A stretch of 64,000 nt of DNA. It comes from Candidatus Binataceae bacterium. GTDB lineage: Bacteria > Desulfobacterota > Binatia > Binatales > Binataceae. The stretch covers positions 126,858 through 190,857 of the forward strand of contig DATGLK010000010.1 of NCBI GenBank assembly GCA_035294265.1, in the 5' to 3' direction. Shown in pieces: positions 21,507 to 30,913 of this stretch. A program made the position numbers and the translations under genes. Below the pieces are notes generated by a model. That model ran no database searches. It was not told where the DNA came from and worked only from the letters and a program-made list of their open reading frames with translations. Numbering within the stretch: the first letter of the stretch is position 1; each line of letters begins with the position of its first letter.

Positions 21507-21683
21507 GGACTTCCCTCCTCGAAAGGGAGACGGGCCAGCCGCTTTGTACGAGCTGCCTCCCAGGTTGGACCGTCCCTATCAAGCGCCGGCCTAGCGTGGG
21601 AATATCGCCGCCAAACCCATCTAATTGTTTAGCTTCCTGGTCAAACAAATAACTCCGGACGGGGCGAATTACAAGCTCTCGCT

Positions 21684-21713
21684 AAAGCCGTTTTCTACAA
21701 AGCCGTTCTCTAC
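21684..21713. promoter_or_regulatory. Tandem 15-bp direct repeat AAAGCCGTT(T/C)TCTAC x2 in the divergent intergenic region
   Basis: Directly visible: aaagccgttttctac followed by aaagccgttctctac. A third AAGCCGTT core occurs at 21797-21804. Sits in the AT-richer 400-bp region between Rieske paralog D and the beta-propeller gene. Confidence 0.45.
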
Positions 21714-21825
21714 GTCGCCCAGGGCCCGAAAACCACCGCCGAGCGCAGGATCGTTCGGATTGACCCAACCCCGCCGCAGTGGTAGCCGAGCTTTCGAAGC
21801 CGTTCACCGCTATAAGCGTCTAACT

Positions 21826-21846
21826 GGTAAATCGCGTAAATTTACC
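21826..21846. promoter_or_regulatory. Dyad element GGTAAAT-N7-ATTTACC (core palindrome GTAAATTTAC) about 60 bp upstream of the beta-propeller start, flanked by an outer inverted repeat
   Basis: Seen in sequence. The outer inverted repeat is TAGCCGA (21783-21789) and TCGGCTA (21852-21858). A TATAAG -10-like hexamer lies just upstream. Could be a DNA operator or a 5'-UTR RNA structure. Confidence 0.35.
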
Positions 21847-21906
21847 GCAATTCGGCTAGCGCTCGAAGTGCGCATAAACGCTCCGAGCGAGAATCGAGGG
21901 TTTGGA

Positions 21907-23211
21907 ATGAAGATAGTTACTATCATAGCAGTCTCGGCCGCGACGCTGGCCCTGCTGGTGACGAGTCCGTCGGTGGGACGATGGGGGCGCGGACTGGAGG
22001 CGGCTTATGCCCAAAGCGGCAGCGATGCCGACCATCCGGCACCCAGCGCCGGCGGACAACGCCGGCCGGTGCGCCACACCTTGGCCGAACTGGGCTCGCC
22101 GCGCACGGTGTACACGATGCCCGCGCAGTTCACCAAAATTCTTGCCACCATTCCCGGCGGTCCGATAGCGCCCTGCTCCGAGCTGTCCGACCCCTATCCC
22201 GAGTTCAACGGTATCGCGCTGGATCCCAAGGCCGGGATCGTGGTCATGAGCGACACCAATCTGAAAAGCGCGCTGATTTATTCAACCGACGTCAAGGCCA
22301 ACCCCTCGGATCCCGACGTCACGCCGTACAAGGCCTGGGTCAAAGGGCCTGACACCTTTCTTTCCTTCGCCGCGGGTGTGGCAGTCGATCCGGTGCGGCA
22401 CGAATTCTACACTACTGAAAACGACGTCGGTGACGACGTTGCGGCCTTCCCATACAGCGCCAGCGGCGATTACGCCTCGCGGGTGCTAGCCGTGCCTCAC
22501 GGCTCCTACGGAATCGCGATCAGCCAACATTACAAGCAGATTGCGGTGGCGATTCAGCACAACGCCGAGATCATCTTTTATCGCGTCCAAGCCAAGGGCG
22601 CCGACCGGCCCCTGCGCTCAATTCGGGGCCCGCGCACCGGCCTGGCCGATCCGCATGGAGTGGTCTGGGACGAGCCCAATCGCGAAATCTTCGTCTCCAA
22701 CTATGGTAACTGGAACCAGGGCTACTGGGATCCCGATTACATGGGAGGCGGGCACTATTATCCTCCCTCCATTCGAGTCTTTCGTGACGACGATGAGGGC
22801 GACGCCACGCCGGTGCGAGTCATCAGCGGCCCCAAGACTCAATTCAACTGGCCCACTGGAATCGCGGTTGATGACAGCCACGGCGAGCTGTTCGTGGCCA
22901 ACGAGGCGGGCAATCAAGTGCTGGTTTTCCCGCGCAACGCTAACGGCGACGTGGCGCCGATTCGGGTGCTAGGCGGACCGCACACCGCTATTCGCCAGCC
23001 CATGGGGGTAGCTTACGACCCGGTCCACGATCAGATCTGGGTGGCTAACTTCGGCCATAACGCCGAGGTCTTCGATCGCACTCAAGAGGGTGACGTCGAG
23101 CCCCGCAAGATCGTGCGCAACGCGCCCGAGGGCAGCCCGGCAGCGGGCTTCGGCAATCCGATGGCGCTAGGCTACGACTCCAAGCGCGACCAACTGCTGG
23201 TACCCAATTGA
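21907..23211 (+). CDS. Secreted beta-propeller repeat protein (NHL/YVTN-like ~45-aa repeats), N-terminal portion ending at an in-frame TGA
   Basis: ATG after GAGGG. Signal peptide MKIVTIIAVSAATLALLVTSPSVG. Repeated units of the form ..GDVAPIRVLGGPHT...P.GIAVD...ELFVAN.. Confidence 0.6.
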   Translation: MKIVTIIAVSAATLALLVTSPSVGRWGRGLEAAYAQSGSDADHPAPSAGGQRRPVRHTLAELGSPRTVYTMPAQFTKILATIPGGPIAPCSELSDPYPEFNGIALDPKAGIVVMSDTNLKSALIYSTDVKANPSDPDVTPYKAWVKGPDTFLSFAAGVAVDPVRHEFYTTENDVGDDVAAFPYSASGDYASRVLAVPHGSYGIAISQHYKQIAVAIQHNAEIIFYRVQAKGADRPLRSIRGPRTGLADPHGVVWDEPNREIFVSNYGNWNQGYWDPDYMGGGHYYPPSIRVFRDDDEGDATPVRVISGPKTQFNWPTGIAVDDSHGELFVANEAGNQVLVFPRNANGDVAPIRVLGGPHTAIRQPMGVAYDPVHDQIWVANFGHNAEVFDRTQEGDVEPRKIVRNAPEGSPAAGFGNPMALGYDSKRDQLLVPN

Positions 23212-24087
23212 GTGAGTGATCCCCGCATTGCGACGTTTGCCCGGGTGGCAAGCGGCAACATTCCAGCCAAGCGGATCATTGAGGGACAAAACACCAAACT
23301 AACCCGCGTCGCTCACGGGATTACCTATGACCCGGTCCACGATCTGATTATTGCCACGGAACCGCTGGCTGCGTCAATTGTGTTTTTTAGGGGCGGCGCG
23401 CATGGCGATGTGCCGCCGGTGCGGGTAATTCAGGGCAACAAAACGCTGATTCACTCGCCCTACGAACCCTCGGTGGACAATCAACACAACGAGCTGTGGA
23501 TCGCCGATATCACTAGCGGGGCCCTGCGGGTCTATCCGCTGGAGGACAACGGCAACATCGCGCCGCTGCGCAACATCCAGGGACCCAAGACCCAGCTCTT
23601 CAGCATCACTGGAGTGGCAGTCGACCCGGTCCACGATCTGGTAGTGGCAGCCGGGCTAAACCGGCAGTATCGGCCCTGCATTTTCATTTTCCGTCGCACC
23701 GACAACGGTGATGTGGCGCCGCTGCGGGTAATTAGCGGCCCGACCACGGGGCTGGAATACATCTGGCATGTGCAGGTGGCAGGCCAGCGCATTTTCGCTA
23801 CCGCTTCCAACTTCTACTACATCCCACCCTACGATCCGGGTGGCCACGAGCCGCGCAAGGATTGCACCGGACCGCCGCTGCCCTTCCCCGGGCCGCTGGG
23901 CTTTATCGGGGTATGGAACGAGAGCGATAACGGCGACGTGGCGCCGCGGGCGATCATTCGCGGGGCGCAGACCGATTTGCTCCATCCGGTGGGATTAGTG
24001 CTTGATCCCGCTCATGGCCAGGTCTTCGCCAGCGACAGCGTGCGCAACGGCGTGTTCGGCTTTCTGGTCCCCAACTTTTTTAAATAG
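23212..24087 (+). CDS. Beta-propeller repeat protein, C-terminal portion (same frame, continues the repeat register after the TGA at 23209-23211)
   Basis: Immediately downstream of the TGA and in the same frame. Carries the same repeat family (GDVPPVRVIQGNKT..., GNIAPLRNIQGPKTQLFSITGVAVDPVHDLVVA, GDVAPLRVISGPTTG). No own signal peptide and no convincing ribosome-binding site. Likely one gene split by a nonsense codon or sequencing error. Confidence 0.5.
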   Translation: MSDPRIATFARVASGNIPAKRIIEGQNTKLTRVAHGITYDPVHDLIIATEPLAASIVFFRGGAHGDVPPVRVIQGNKTLIHSPYEPSVDNQHNELWIADITSGALRVYPLEDNGNIAPLRNIQGPKTQLFSITGVAVDPVHDLVVAAGLNRQYRPCIFIFRRTDNGDVAPLRVISGPTTGLEYIWHVQVAGQRIFATASNFYYIPPYDPGGHEPRKDCTGPPLPFPGPLGFIGVWNESDNGDVAPRAIIRGAQTDLLHPVGLVLDPAHGQVFASDSVRNGVFGFLVPNFFK

Positions 24088-24093
24088 CCACTT

Positions 24094-24130
24094 GGCGGGT
24101 ACAGGGCACCTGAAGCGCCTTGTGCCCGCC
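24094..24130 (+). terminator. Possible hairpin terminator downstream of the beta-propeller gene
   Basis: GGCGGG-taca-GGGCAC-loop-GTGCCC-GCC imperfect GC-rich hairpin. No downstream U-run, so not a canonical intrinsic terminator. Confidence 0.25.
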
Positions 24131-24463
24131 AAGCCAATAACCGTTCCACAGTCAACTGTTCAAGCGCGTATCGATAGAAACCCGCTCCTCTTTGTGTTTC
24201 TGAAATATCGCGAACGTAGTACTGTCATAGTGTCTATCCCGGCGCGACCAGGACCGTCCTCAAGTCCTAGTCAGGGCCGCAGGTCGCGATCACTTCCTTC
24301 GCGAGCGAGCCGTCGCCGGTGCTATACGCACGTCGACCAGACGAAGGCTAAACTGGAAGGGTCGGTCAGTACGAGCCCGGAAATCCAAAGTCTTGATATT
24401 GAGAAGAAGGAAATAGGCTTTGGCTGCTAGCTTCGGGCACTGCCTGCGCTAAGGAGGCAGCGG

Positions 24464-25684
24464 ATGGCGGCACAATCAGCTTGGCCCGCGGTAATCGCCC
24501 ATGCCGACATGGATGCGTTCTACGCCTCGGTGGAACAGTTGGACCATCCCGAGTTGCGCGGCCTGCCGGTAATTGTCGGTGGACGCAGCGCGCGCGGCGT
24601 GGTCGCCTCGGCCTCCTATGAAGCACGCCGCTTCGGGGTGCGCGCCGCGATGCCTGGAGCACAGGCGATGAAGCTCTGTCCGCAGGCCGTCTTCGTGGCC
24701 GGGCGGATGACACGCTATAGTGAAATCTCACGCCAGATCCGCGAGATCTTTTACAGCTTCACACCGCTGGTCGAACCCCTGTCGCTGGACGAGGCGTTCC
24801 TTGACCTCACAGGCACCGAGCGGCTGCTGGGCTCGCCCCAGGAGATCGGCCGGGCGCTTCGTCGCCGCGTGCGCGAACAAACCGGGCTGGTGGTGTCGGT
24901 GGGAATCGCGCCGATTAAGATGGTCGCCAAAATCCTCAGCGACATGTCCAAGCCCGACGGCTTGTTGATGCTCGGACCGGAGTACTTAGACCGGTTTCTG
25001 CAGCCATTGCCGGTGGAGCGACTATGGGGCGTGGGGCGCGTCACGCTGGAGCGCTTGCAGGCCGCAAACATACGAACGATCGGCGATTTGGCCCGCGCGG
25101 CACCGGGGCTACTGGCCAACCGGCTGGGCTCTTTGGGCGCGCACCTGGCGGAATTGGCGCGGGGTAGCGACCCACGGCCGGTCAATCCTGATTGGCAACG
25201 TAAATCTTACGGGGAAGAGAGCACCTTTGAGCGCGACCTGGCGCTGAATGAACTGGAGCTCAAGCGCACTTTAATTGCGCATGGCGAAGCTTTAGCCCGC
25301 CGCCTGCGCGCCGATTCGGTCCAGGCACTTACCGTCACCCTCAAGCTCAAACTGGCTCGTCCGCTGGGCGGGGGCCGTTATCCAATACTGACCCGCAGCC
25401 ACACCCTGACCAGTCCCACAGCAGACGGCGACCGGATTACGCGCACCGCCCTCGCCCTGTTAGGCGCGCTCAAGCTGGCTGAGCGAGTGCGGCTGGCGGG
25501 AGTCCAGGTCCATAACTTGCGCCGCGCTAGCGCCAGTCAGTTGGATTTGTTCGCCGAAGGCACCAACAAGCGCGCGCGGCTCAACGATGCGCTAGATGAG
25601 CTGGCGCACCGCTTTGGCGAAGACGCCGTGGTGCGGGGTTTGGCCCGCGCCACGCGCGCCTCGCCGACCACCCGCATCAAGTAG
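24464..25684 (+). CDS. dinB: DNA polymerase IV (Y-family translesion polymerase)
   Basis: N-terminal IAHADMDAFYASVEQLDHPELRGLPVIVGG and SLDEAFLDLTG catalytic motifs typical of DinB. Confidence 0.85.
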   Translation: MAAQSAWPAVIAHADMDAFYASVEQLDHPELRGLPVIVGGRSARGVVASASYEARRFGVRAAMPGAQAMKLCPQAVFVAGRMTRYSEISRQIREIFYSFTPLVEPLSLDEAFLDLTGTERLLGSPQEIGRALRRRVREQTGLVVSVGIAPIKMVAKILSDMSKPDGLLMLGPEYLDRFLQPLPVERLWGVGRVTLERLQAANIRTIGDLARAAPGLLANRLGSLGAHLAELARGSDPRPVNPDWQRKSYGEESTFERDLALNELELKRTLIAHGEALARRLRADSVQALTVTLKLKLARPLGGGRYPILTRSHTLTSPTADGDRITRTALALLGALKLAERVRLAGVQVHNLRRASASQLDLFAEGTNKRARLNDALDELAHRFGEDAVVRGLARATRASPTTRIK

Positions 25685-25847
25685 CATTGCCCTGAGGGTA
25701 CTAGCGCGGCCGTTGAGCAAGCGCGTGCACAGGCGCGCTCGCGCCAATGGCGGCTTAAACTGGCGGTCAGGCATGTTAGGGGCGAGTTCGGCCATCTTTA
25801 TTCGGGAGCGCTAAAAGCGCTATTACTGCTGAGGAAGGAATTCTCGC

Positions 25848-27248
25848 ATGGCCCAGACATTATTCGAGAAAATTTGGCAAAACCACGTGGTTTATCAGGA
25901 GCCGGGCCGGCCGGCCCTGCTGTATATCGACCTGCATTTGATTCACGAGGTGACCTCGCCCCAAGCCTTCGAGAGTTTGCGCAACAGCGGGCGCAAGGTG
26001 CGCGAGCCGGGTCGGACCTTCAGCACCCTTGACCATAACATTCCCACCACTGACCATCGTTTGCCTATCGCCGAGCCCAACTCGCGGCTGCAAGTCGAAA
26101 CGATGCGTCAGAATTGCAAGGACTTTGGCCTGAGCCTTTTCGACCTGGGTTCGGAAAATCAAGGTATCGTGCATGTCATCGGCCCTGAGCTGGGGCTGAC
26201 CCAGCCCGGGATGACGGTTATCTGTGGCGACAGCCACACCTCCACCCACGGTGCGATGGGCGCACTGGCGATCGGCGTGGGCAGCAGCGAGGTCGAGCAT
26301 GTGCTGGCCACCCAATGTTTGTGGCAGGAAAAATGCCCGACCCTGGAAATTCGCGTGGATGGGCAGCGTGGCCGTGGGGTGAGCGCCAAAGATATTATCC
26401 TGGCGATTATCGGCAAGATCGGCACCGGCGGGGGAATCGGCTACGCGGTGGAATTCACCGGCAGCGCGATCCGGACACTGTCGATGGATCAGCGGATGAC
26501 GGTGTGCAACATGACGATCGAGGCCGGGGCACGCGCCGGCATGATCTCACCCGACCAGACCACGATCGAATATCTGCGCGGTCGCCCTTACGCGCCGCAA
26601 GGGGCAGAGTTCGAGCGCGCCGCCGTGCGCTGGCTAGCGTTGGCCACCGAGCCGGGCGCCCGCTTCGATCGCACCGTTACCCTGGATGCCAGCGCGATCG
26701 CGCCACAGGTGACTTGGGGCACCAATCCCGGGATGGTCACCGAAGTCACCGGCCGAGTGCCCGATCCCAAACAAATCGGGGATTCGGCCCAGCGCGCCGC
26801 CACCGAGCGGGCACTAGCCTACATGGGGCTGGAAGCGGGCACGCCGATCACGGAGATCAAGCTGGACCGCGTGTTTATCGGCTCCTGCACCAATTCGCGC
26901 CTGGACGATCTGCAGGCTGCGGCCCGCATTGTAAAAGGACACAAAGTCGCGCCCAACATTCAGGCGCTGGTAGTGCCGGGCTCGCAGCGAGTCAAAGCCG
27001 CGGCCGAGAAACTGGGGCTGGACCAGATCTTCCGCGAGGCTGGCTTTCAGTGGCGAGAATCGGGATGCAGCATGTGCCTGGGGATGAACCCCGATTTTCT
27101 GCTCCCCAAGGAGCGCTGCGCCAGCACCTCCAATCGCAATTTCGAGGGACGCCAGGGTAAGGACGGCCGTACCCACCTGGTCGGGCCCGAGATGGCGGCG
27201 GCGGCGGCGATCGCCGGCCATTTCGTCGACGTGCGGAGCTGGCGCTGA
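25848..27248 (+). CDS. leuC: 3-isopropylmalate dehydratase large subunit
   Basis: Near-collinear with E. coli LeuC ([10 protein letters not shown]..., [46 protein letters not shown]). Confidence 0.9.
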   Translation: MAQTLFEKIWQNHVVYQEPGRPALLYIDLHLIHEVTSPQAFESLRNSGRKVREPGRTFSTLDHNIPTTDHRLPIAEPNSRLQVETMRQNCKDFGLSLFDLGSENQGIVHVIGPELGLTQPGMTVICGDSHTSTHGAMGALAIGVGSSEVEHVLATQCLWQEKCPTLEIRVDGQRGRGVSAKDIILAIIGKIGTGGGIGYAVEFTGSAIRTLSMDQRMTVCNMTIEAGARAGMISPDQTTIEYLRGRPYAPQGAEFERAAVRWLALATEPGARFDRTVTLDASAIAPQVTWGTNPGMVTEVTGRVPDPKQIGDSAQRAATERALAYMGLEAGTPITEIKLDRVFIGSCTNSRLDDLQAAARIVKGHKVAPNIQALVVPGSQRVKAAAEKLGLDQIFREAGFQWRESGCSMCLGMNPDFLLPKERCASTSNRNFEGRQGKDGRTHLVGPEMAAAAAIAGHFVDVRSWR

Positions 27249-27266
27249 ACTTTCGAGGATAGATCA

Positions 27267-27872
27267 ATGCAGGCATTCAAGACTTTTACCGGCTTGGTGG
27301 CGCCGCTGGATCGGCCCAATGTCGATACCGATGCGATCATTCCCAAACAGTTCCTCAAGGCAATCGTGCGCAAGGGGATGGGAGAAGGCTTATTCTTTGA
27401 TTGGCGGCGTAATCCCGACGGCTCACCCAATCCGGACTTCATCCTCAACCAACCGCGCTACCGCGAGGCCACCATACTGTTGGCGCGGGCCAATTTCGGG
27501 ATTGGCAGCTCGCGCGAGCATGCGGTATGGGCACTGGCGGACCAAGGCTTTCGTGCCGTGATTGCACCTTCCTTCGGCGACATCTTTCATAACAACTCGC
27601 TCAAGAACGGTTTTTTGCCGATCAAACTGAGCGAGGATCAAATCGATGGGCTGTTTGCCCGCACCGCCCGGCAGGATCTCCGGCTGACTATCAACCTGGA
27701 AACTCAGACCGTCAGCGATGACGCCGGCTGGAGCGCATCTTTTGAGATCGATACGCAAAGCCGCACCTGCCTGCTCGAAGGGCTGGACGATATCGCCTTG
27801 ACCCTGCGCCATGAAGCCGCGATCACGGCCTACGAAAAGGCCCATCCAGTCCCCTACCGGGCACATGCCTGA
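27267..27872 (+). CDS. leuD: 3-isopropylmalate dehydratase small subunit
   Basis: LeuD signature ([27 protein letters not shown]) immediately downstream of leuC. Confidence 0.9.
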   Translation: MQAFKTFTGLVAPLDRPNVDTDAIIPKQFLKAIVRKGMGEGLFFDWRRNPDGSPNPDFILNQPRYREATILLARANFGIGSSREHAVWALADQGFRAVIAPSFGDIFHNNSLKNGFLPIKLSEDQIDGLFARTARQDLRLTINLETQTVSDDAGWSASFEIDTQSRTCLLEGLDDIALTLRHEAAITAYEKAHPVPYRAHA

Positions 27873-27952
27873 AGCCCAAGGGTTGTAGGAACCCTTGGGC
27901 TAAGCATACGCGAAGGCCAGCCTGTCGCGCCTGTTGTCGCGGGTGGCGCCGG

Positions 27953-29071
27953 TCAGCCGGCTTGGAAACGCGTGAAGAGCTGATGGGCGTTGCGATACTC
28001 GATGTCGGCAACCTGGTCGTCGGTGAGGTTGAGGCCCACCAATTGCCGCTCGGTGGGTCCGATCAGCCCCCAAGGATAGTCGCTGCCGAACAGCACCTGG
28101 CTGGCCGGCACCATCTTGAGCAAAGCCGTCATCGCAGGCGGATTGGTGATGCTGGCGGTGTCGTAATGCAAGCGACGCAGCTCGGGCGGAAAGCCCTGAT
28201 CGCTAGGCTTGAGCCGATGCTGTCCTTCCAGGCCGCCGAAGATGCGATGAGCCAACATCGGCATCGAGCCGCCGCCATGGGAGAAAATGAACTGAATGTT
28301 GGGATAGCGGGTAAGCGTGCCGCTATAGATGAGATCGGTAATCGTGCGCGTGGTGTCGGTGGGAAATTCGATCAGCGCGATCGTGGTGCCCGGCACCGGC
28401 GTCATGCAGCCGGCCAGCGAGGTGGGATGGACATAGACCACCGCCTTACGCCGATTCAGCTCCTCGTACACCGGCCAGAATTTGCGATCGCCCAAATGCT
28501 TGCCGTCGTAGTTGGTGAGTAATCCCACCCCGTCGGCGTGCAGGCTGTCCATCGCATACTCGATCTCGCGCAGGCTGCCTTGGGTATCGGGTAAAGGGGT
28601 CGCGGCGAACAGGCCGAAGCGGCCCGGATGGTCCTGCCCTAGCTTGGCGCCGTACTCGTTGCATTCGCGCGCCAAGCGACGGGCCTGCCCGACGTTGTCG
28701 AACCACACGCCGGGGGTGGAAACGGAGATTACAGCGGTGGCGACGCCGTTGCGATCCATCTCCTCCAGCGAATGGGCCGGAGTCCAATTCATCACTCGCG
28801 GAATCGGCGGAGTCTCGTGGCTAAGGGCTTGATGGACGGCCTTGACGTATTTGGGCGGCAACATGTGATGATGGACATCGATGATGCGCCCGTGCTGCGC
28901 CGCGCCTGTGCCGGCGGCCGCCGACTGCGCGCGAGCGCGGCCCACGGCGCCGAGCGCGGTCGCACCCAGCGCGGCCATCCCGGCCAACATCTGCCGGCGC
29001 GAGATGCGTCCCCGCTCCGTGGGCGCCGGCGCGAGCGTGGGCTGTTGGCTTGAAATCTGGCTGCACTTCAT
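27953..29071 (-). CDS. Amidohydrolase-2 family enzyme with twin-arginine (Tat) signal peptide
   Basis: ATG after GGGAGGAG. SRRQMLAGMAALGATALGAVGRARA Tat motif. Amidohydrolase-2 metal-ligand motifs (IIDVHHHM ... HGGG ... GSDYPW). Confidence 0.7.
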   Translation of the reverse strand: MKCSQISSQQPTLAPAPTERGRISRRQMLAGMAALGATALGAVGRARAQSAAAGTGAAQHGRIIDVHHHMLPPKYVKAVHQALSHETPPIPRVMNWTPAHSLEEMDRNGVATAVISVSTPGVWFDNVGQARRLARECNEYGAKLGQDHPGRFGLFAATPLPDTQGSLREIEYAMDSLHADGVGLLTNYDGKHLGDRKFWPVYEELNRRKAVVYVHPTSLAGCMTPVPGTTIALIEFPTDTTRTITDLIYSGTLTRYPNIQFIFSHGGGSMPMLAHRIFGGLEGQHRLKPSDQGFPPELRRLHYDTASITNPPAMTALLKMVPASQVLFGSDYPWGLIGPTERQLVGLNLTDDQVADIEYRNAHQLFTRFQAG

Positions 29072-29244
29072 TACGTCTCCTCCCGTGGGTCTTCGGCGAC
29101 CGCATCCCCGCTGGTGGGTTTGGCGAGGAACTAGCACGAACGGCAGGCTTATCGCCAGCGCCGCGCACCGAAGCGCACGCCGATGGCGCCGCCGGTCGCG
29201 GAGTGCTAAGCAACATCGGACAGTTGGCTTCGGAGGCGGTCATC

Positions 29245-30240
29245 ATGAGCCAGACCATGAAGGCGCTCTACAACGTGCCCGGACCCGAGGGCGCGATACC
29301 ACAGTGGCGCGAGGTGCCGATTCCCACCCCTGGGGTGGGCGAGGTGTTGGTGCGAATTCACGCCAGCGCGATCAACCGCGGTGAATTGATTCGACGTCCT
29401 GAGCTGCGGCTGGACAATCCCAACGCCAAGCCGGGCCGCGGCGGGACGGAATTCGGCGGCGAGATCGCGGCGGTGGGCGCGGGCGTCAGTCAGTGGAAGG
29501 TGGGAGATCGAGTAATGGCACGAGCCCACGGCTGCTATGCCCCCTTCACGGTAGTGGATCAGCGCGCCCTGATGGCGATTCCCGCCGGCTTAAGTTGGGT
29601 GGCAGCGGCGGCCATTCCCAACGTCTTTATCACCGCCCATGATGCTCTTGTCAGTAACGCCCGCCTGGCCGCGGGTGAAGCGGTGATGATAACCGCGGGC
29701 TCCTCGGGCGTGGGCACCGCCGCGATTCAGATCGCACGCTGCCTGGAAGCCCATCCCGTGCTCGCCACCACCCGTTCAGCAGCCAAGAGCGAGGCCTTGC
29801 GATCGCTTGGTGCCGATCAGGTGATTAATACCACCGAGCCAGGCTGGACCGAGGCAGTACTTAAAGCCACCGGCGGACGCGGTGTGGATGTAATCATCGA
29901 TCATGTGGGCGGCTCGATGTTACCCGACAACATCAAGGCGCTGGCGATCAAGGGGCGCCTGGTCAGCGTAGGACGCAACGACAGCAAGGTTGGACCGTGC
30001 GATTTGGACGAGGTCGCGCGCAAACGCATCTCGATTATCGGAGTAACCTTCCGCACCCGCAGCGCCGAGGAAGCTCTGCAATGCAGCCAACGCTTCGCCG
30101 AACAAATGCTGGGCGAATTCGAACGCGGCCGGATGCATCCCGTGGTCGATCGCACCTTTGCCTTCGAGCAGATCAATGATGCCCATGCCTACATGCTGGG
30201 CAATGCTCAAGTTGGTAAAATCGTCCTTACCATGGACTGA
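29245..30240 (+). CDS. Zn-dependent alcohol dehydrogenase / NADPH:quinone oxidoreductase family (MDR superfamily)
   Basis: ATG after GGAGG. GroES-like N-domain followed by a Rossmann region (AGSSGVGTAAIQIA). Confidence 0.75.
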   Translation: MSQTMKALYNVPGPEGAIPQWREVPIPTPGVGEVLVRIHASAINRGELIRRPELRLDNPNAKPGRGGTEFGGEIAAVGAGVSQWKVGDRVMARAHGCYAPFTVVDQRALMAIPAGLSWVAAAAIPNVFITAHDALVSNARLAAGEAVMITAGSSGVGTAAIQIARCLEAHPVLATTRSAAKSEALRSLGADQVINTTEPGWTEAVLKATGGRGVDVIIDHVGGSMLPDNIKALAIKGRLVSVGRNDSKVGPCDLDEVARKRISIIGVTFRTRSAEEALQCSQRFAEQMLGEFERGRMHPVVDRTFAFEQINDAHAYMLGNAQVGKIVLTMD

Positions 30241-30251
30241 AAGTAGGACCG

Positions 30252-30614
30252 ATGGCAACTCTGATTGGCAGCCCCACGGTAGTGGCGGCAGCGGGCAACA
30301 AGCCCAAGCGGATCGAAGAATATGTGGGATTGGTCAATACGCCGGGCGCGCCTGTGAGTATCGCTCGGATGACCAGTCCGGCGGGCTGGGTAGAACCCGG
30401 TCAGCGGCCCGCCTTCGACGAGTACAGCCTAATTCTGAGCGGAGCATTGAGGGTCGAAAGCGAGGCCGGCACTTTCGAGGCGCGGGCCGGGCAGGCGGTG
30501 TTGGCACCGCGCGGCGAATGGGTGCGCTACAGCACGCCCGAGGGGGCGGAATACATAGCGGTCTGCCTGCCCGCTTTTTCTCCCGCCACGGTCCATCGCG
30601 ATCCCCAACCCTAG
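30252..30614 (+). CDS. Small cupin-domain protein
   Basis: 120-aa ORF with a cupin-like two-motif layout (G..V...GEW..Y). Weak call. Confidence 0.45.
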   Translation: MATLIGSPTVVAAAGNKPKRIEEYVGLVNTPGAPVSIARMTSPAGWVEPGQRPAFDEYSLILSGALRVESEAGTFEARAGQAVLAPRGEWVRYSTPEGAEYIAVCLPAFSPATVHRDPQP

Positions 30615-30913
30615 GAAGCCGCGGAAAAGGCCCAAGGGCGCTCGAACGTCGCAGGTTCCAATAGGGGGGGCATGGCGGCTCCCTATTAAAACGCTATCAG
30701 TCGTGCGCAATCGCGAAGCGCTACGCTTACTTAGGGAAGAGGCATCGGATTTCGCTCCGCCGCACGGACGCCGCAATTGCTGCGGCAGAGCGATAGGGAT
30801 GGGAAGCGCAGCCTGGCACGTGCTAAAAATCAAAGGAAGTTGCGAACGCCGCGGGAGGAAAATCACGAGGCCCGGGCCTTTTTGACCTTCGGACCGCTCG
30901 ATTACTTGAAATC

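Noticed and set aside
23209-23211. TGA recoded as selenocysteine or reassigned (alternative genetic code)
   Set aside because: The position is not in a redox-type Cys-like motif and no obvious SECIS hairpin follows. All other genes in the window end with standard stops including TGA. High GC argues against code-25-type lineages.
24130-24200. Possible LexA/SOS box upstream of dinB (GTTC-N11-GTTC at ~24144-24162; TAGTACTGTCATAG at ~24205)
   Set aside because: Spacing and sequence do not match any LexA consensus I can recall with confidence (CTGT-N8-ACAG, GAAC-N4-GTTC, GTTC-N7-GTTC). Cannot support SOS regulation from sequence alone.
30664-30670. G7 homopolymer as a phase-variation tract
   Set aside because: Located in a non-coding spacer, not within or just upstream of a coding start. 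There is no evidence of contingency-locus function.
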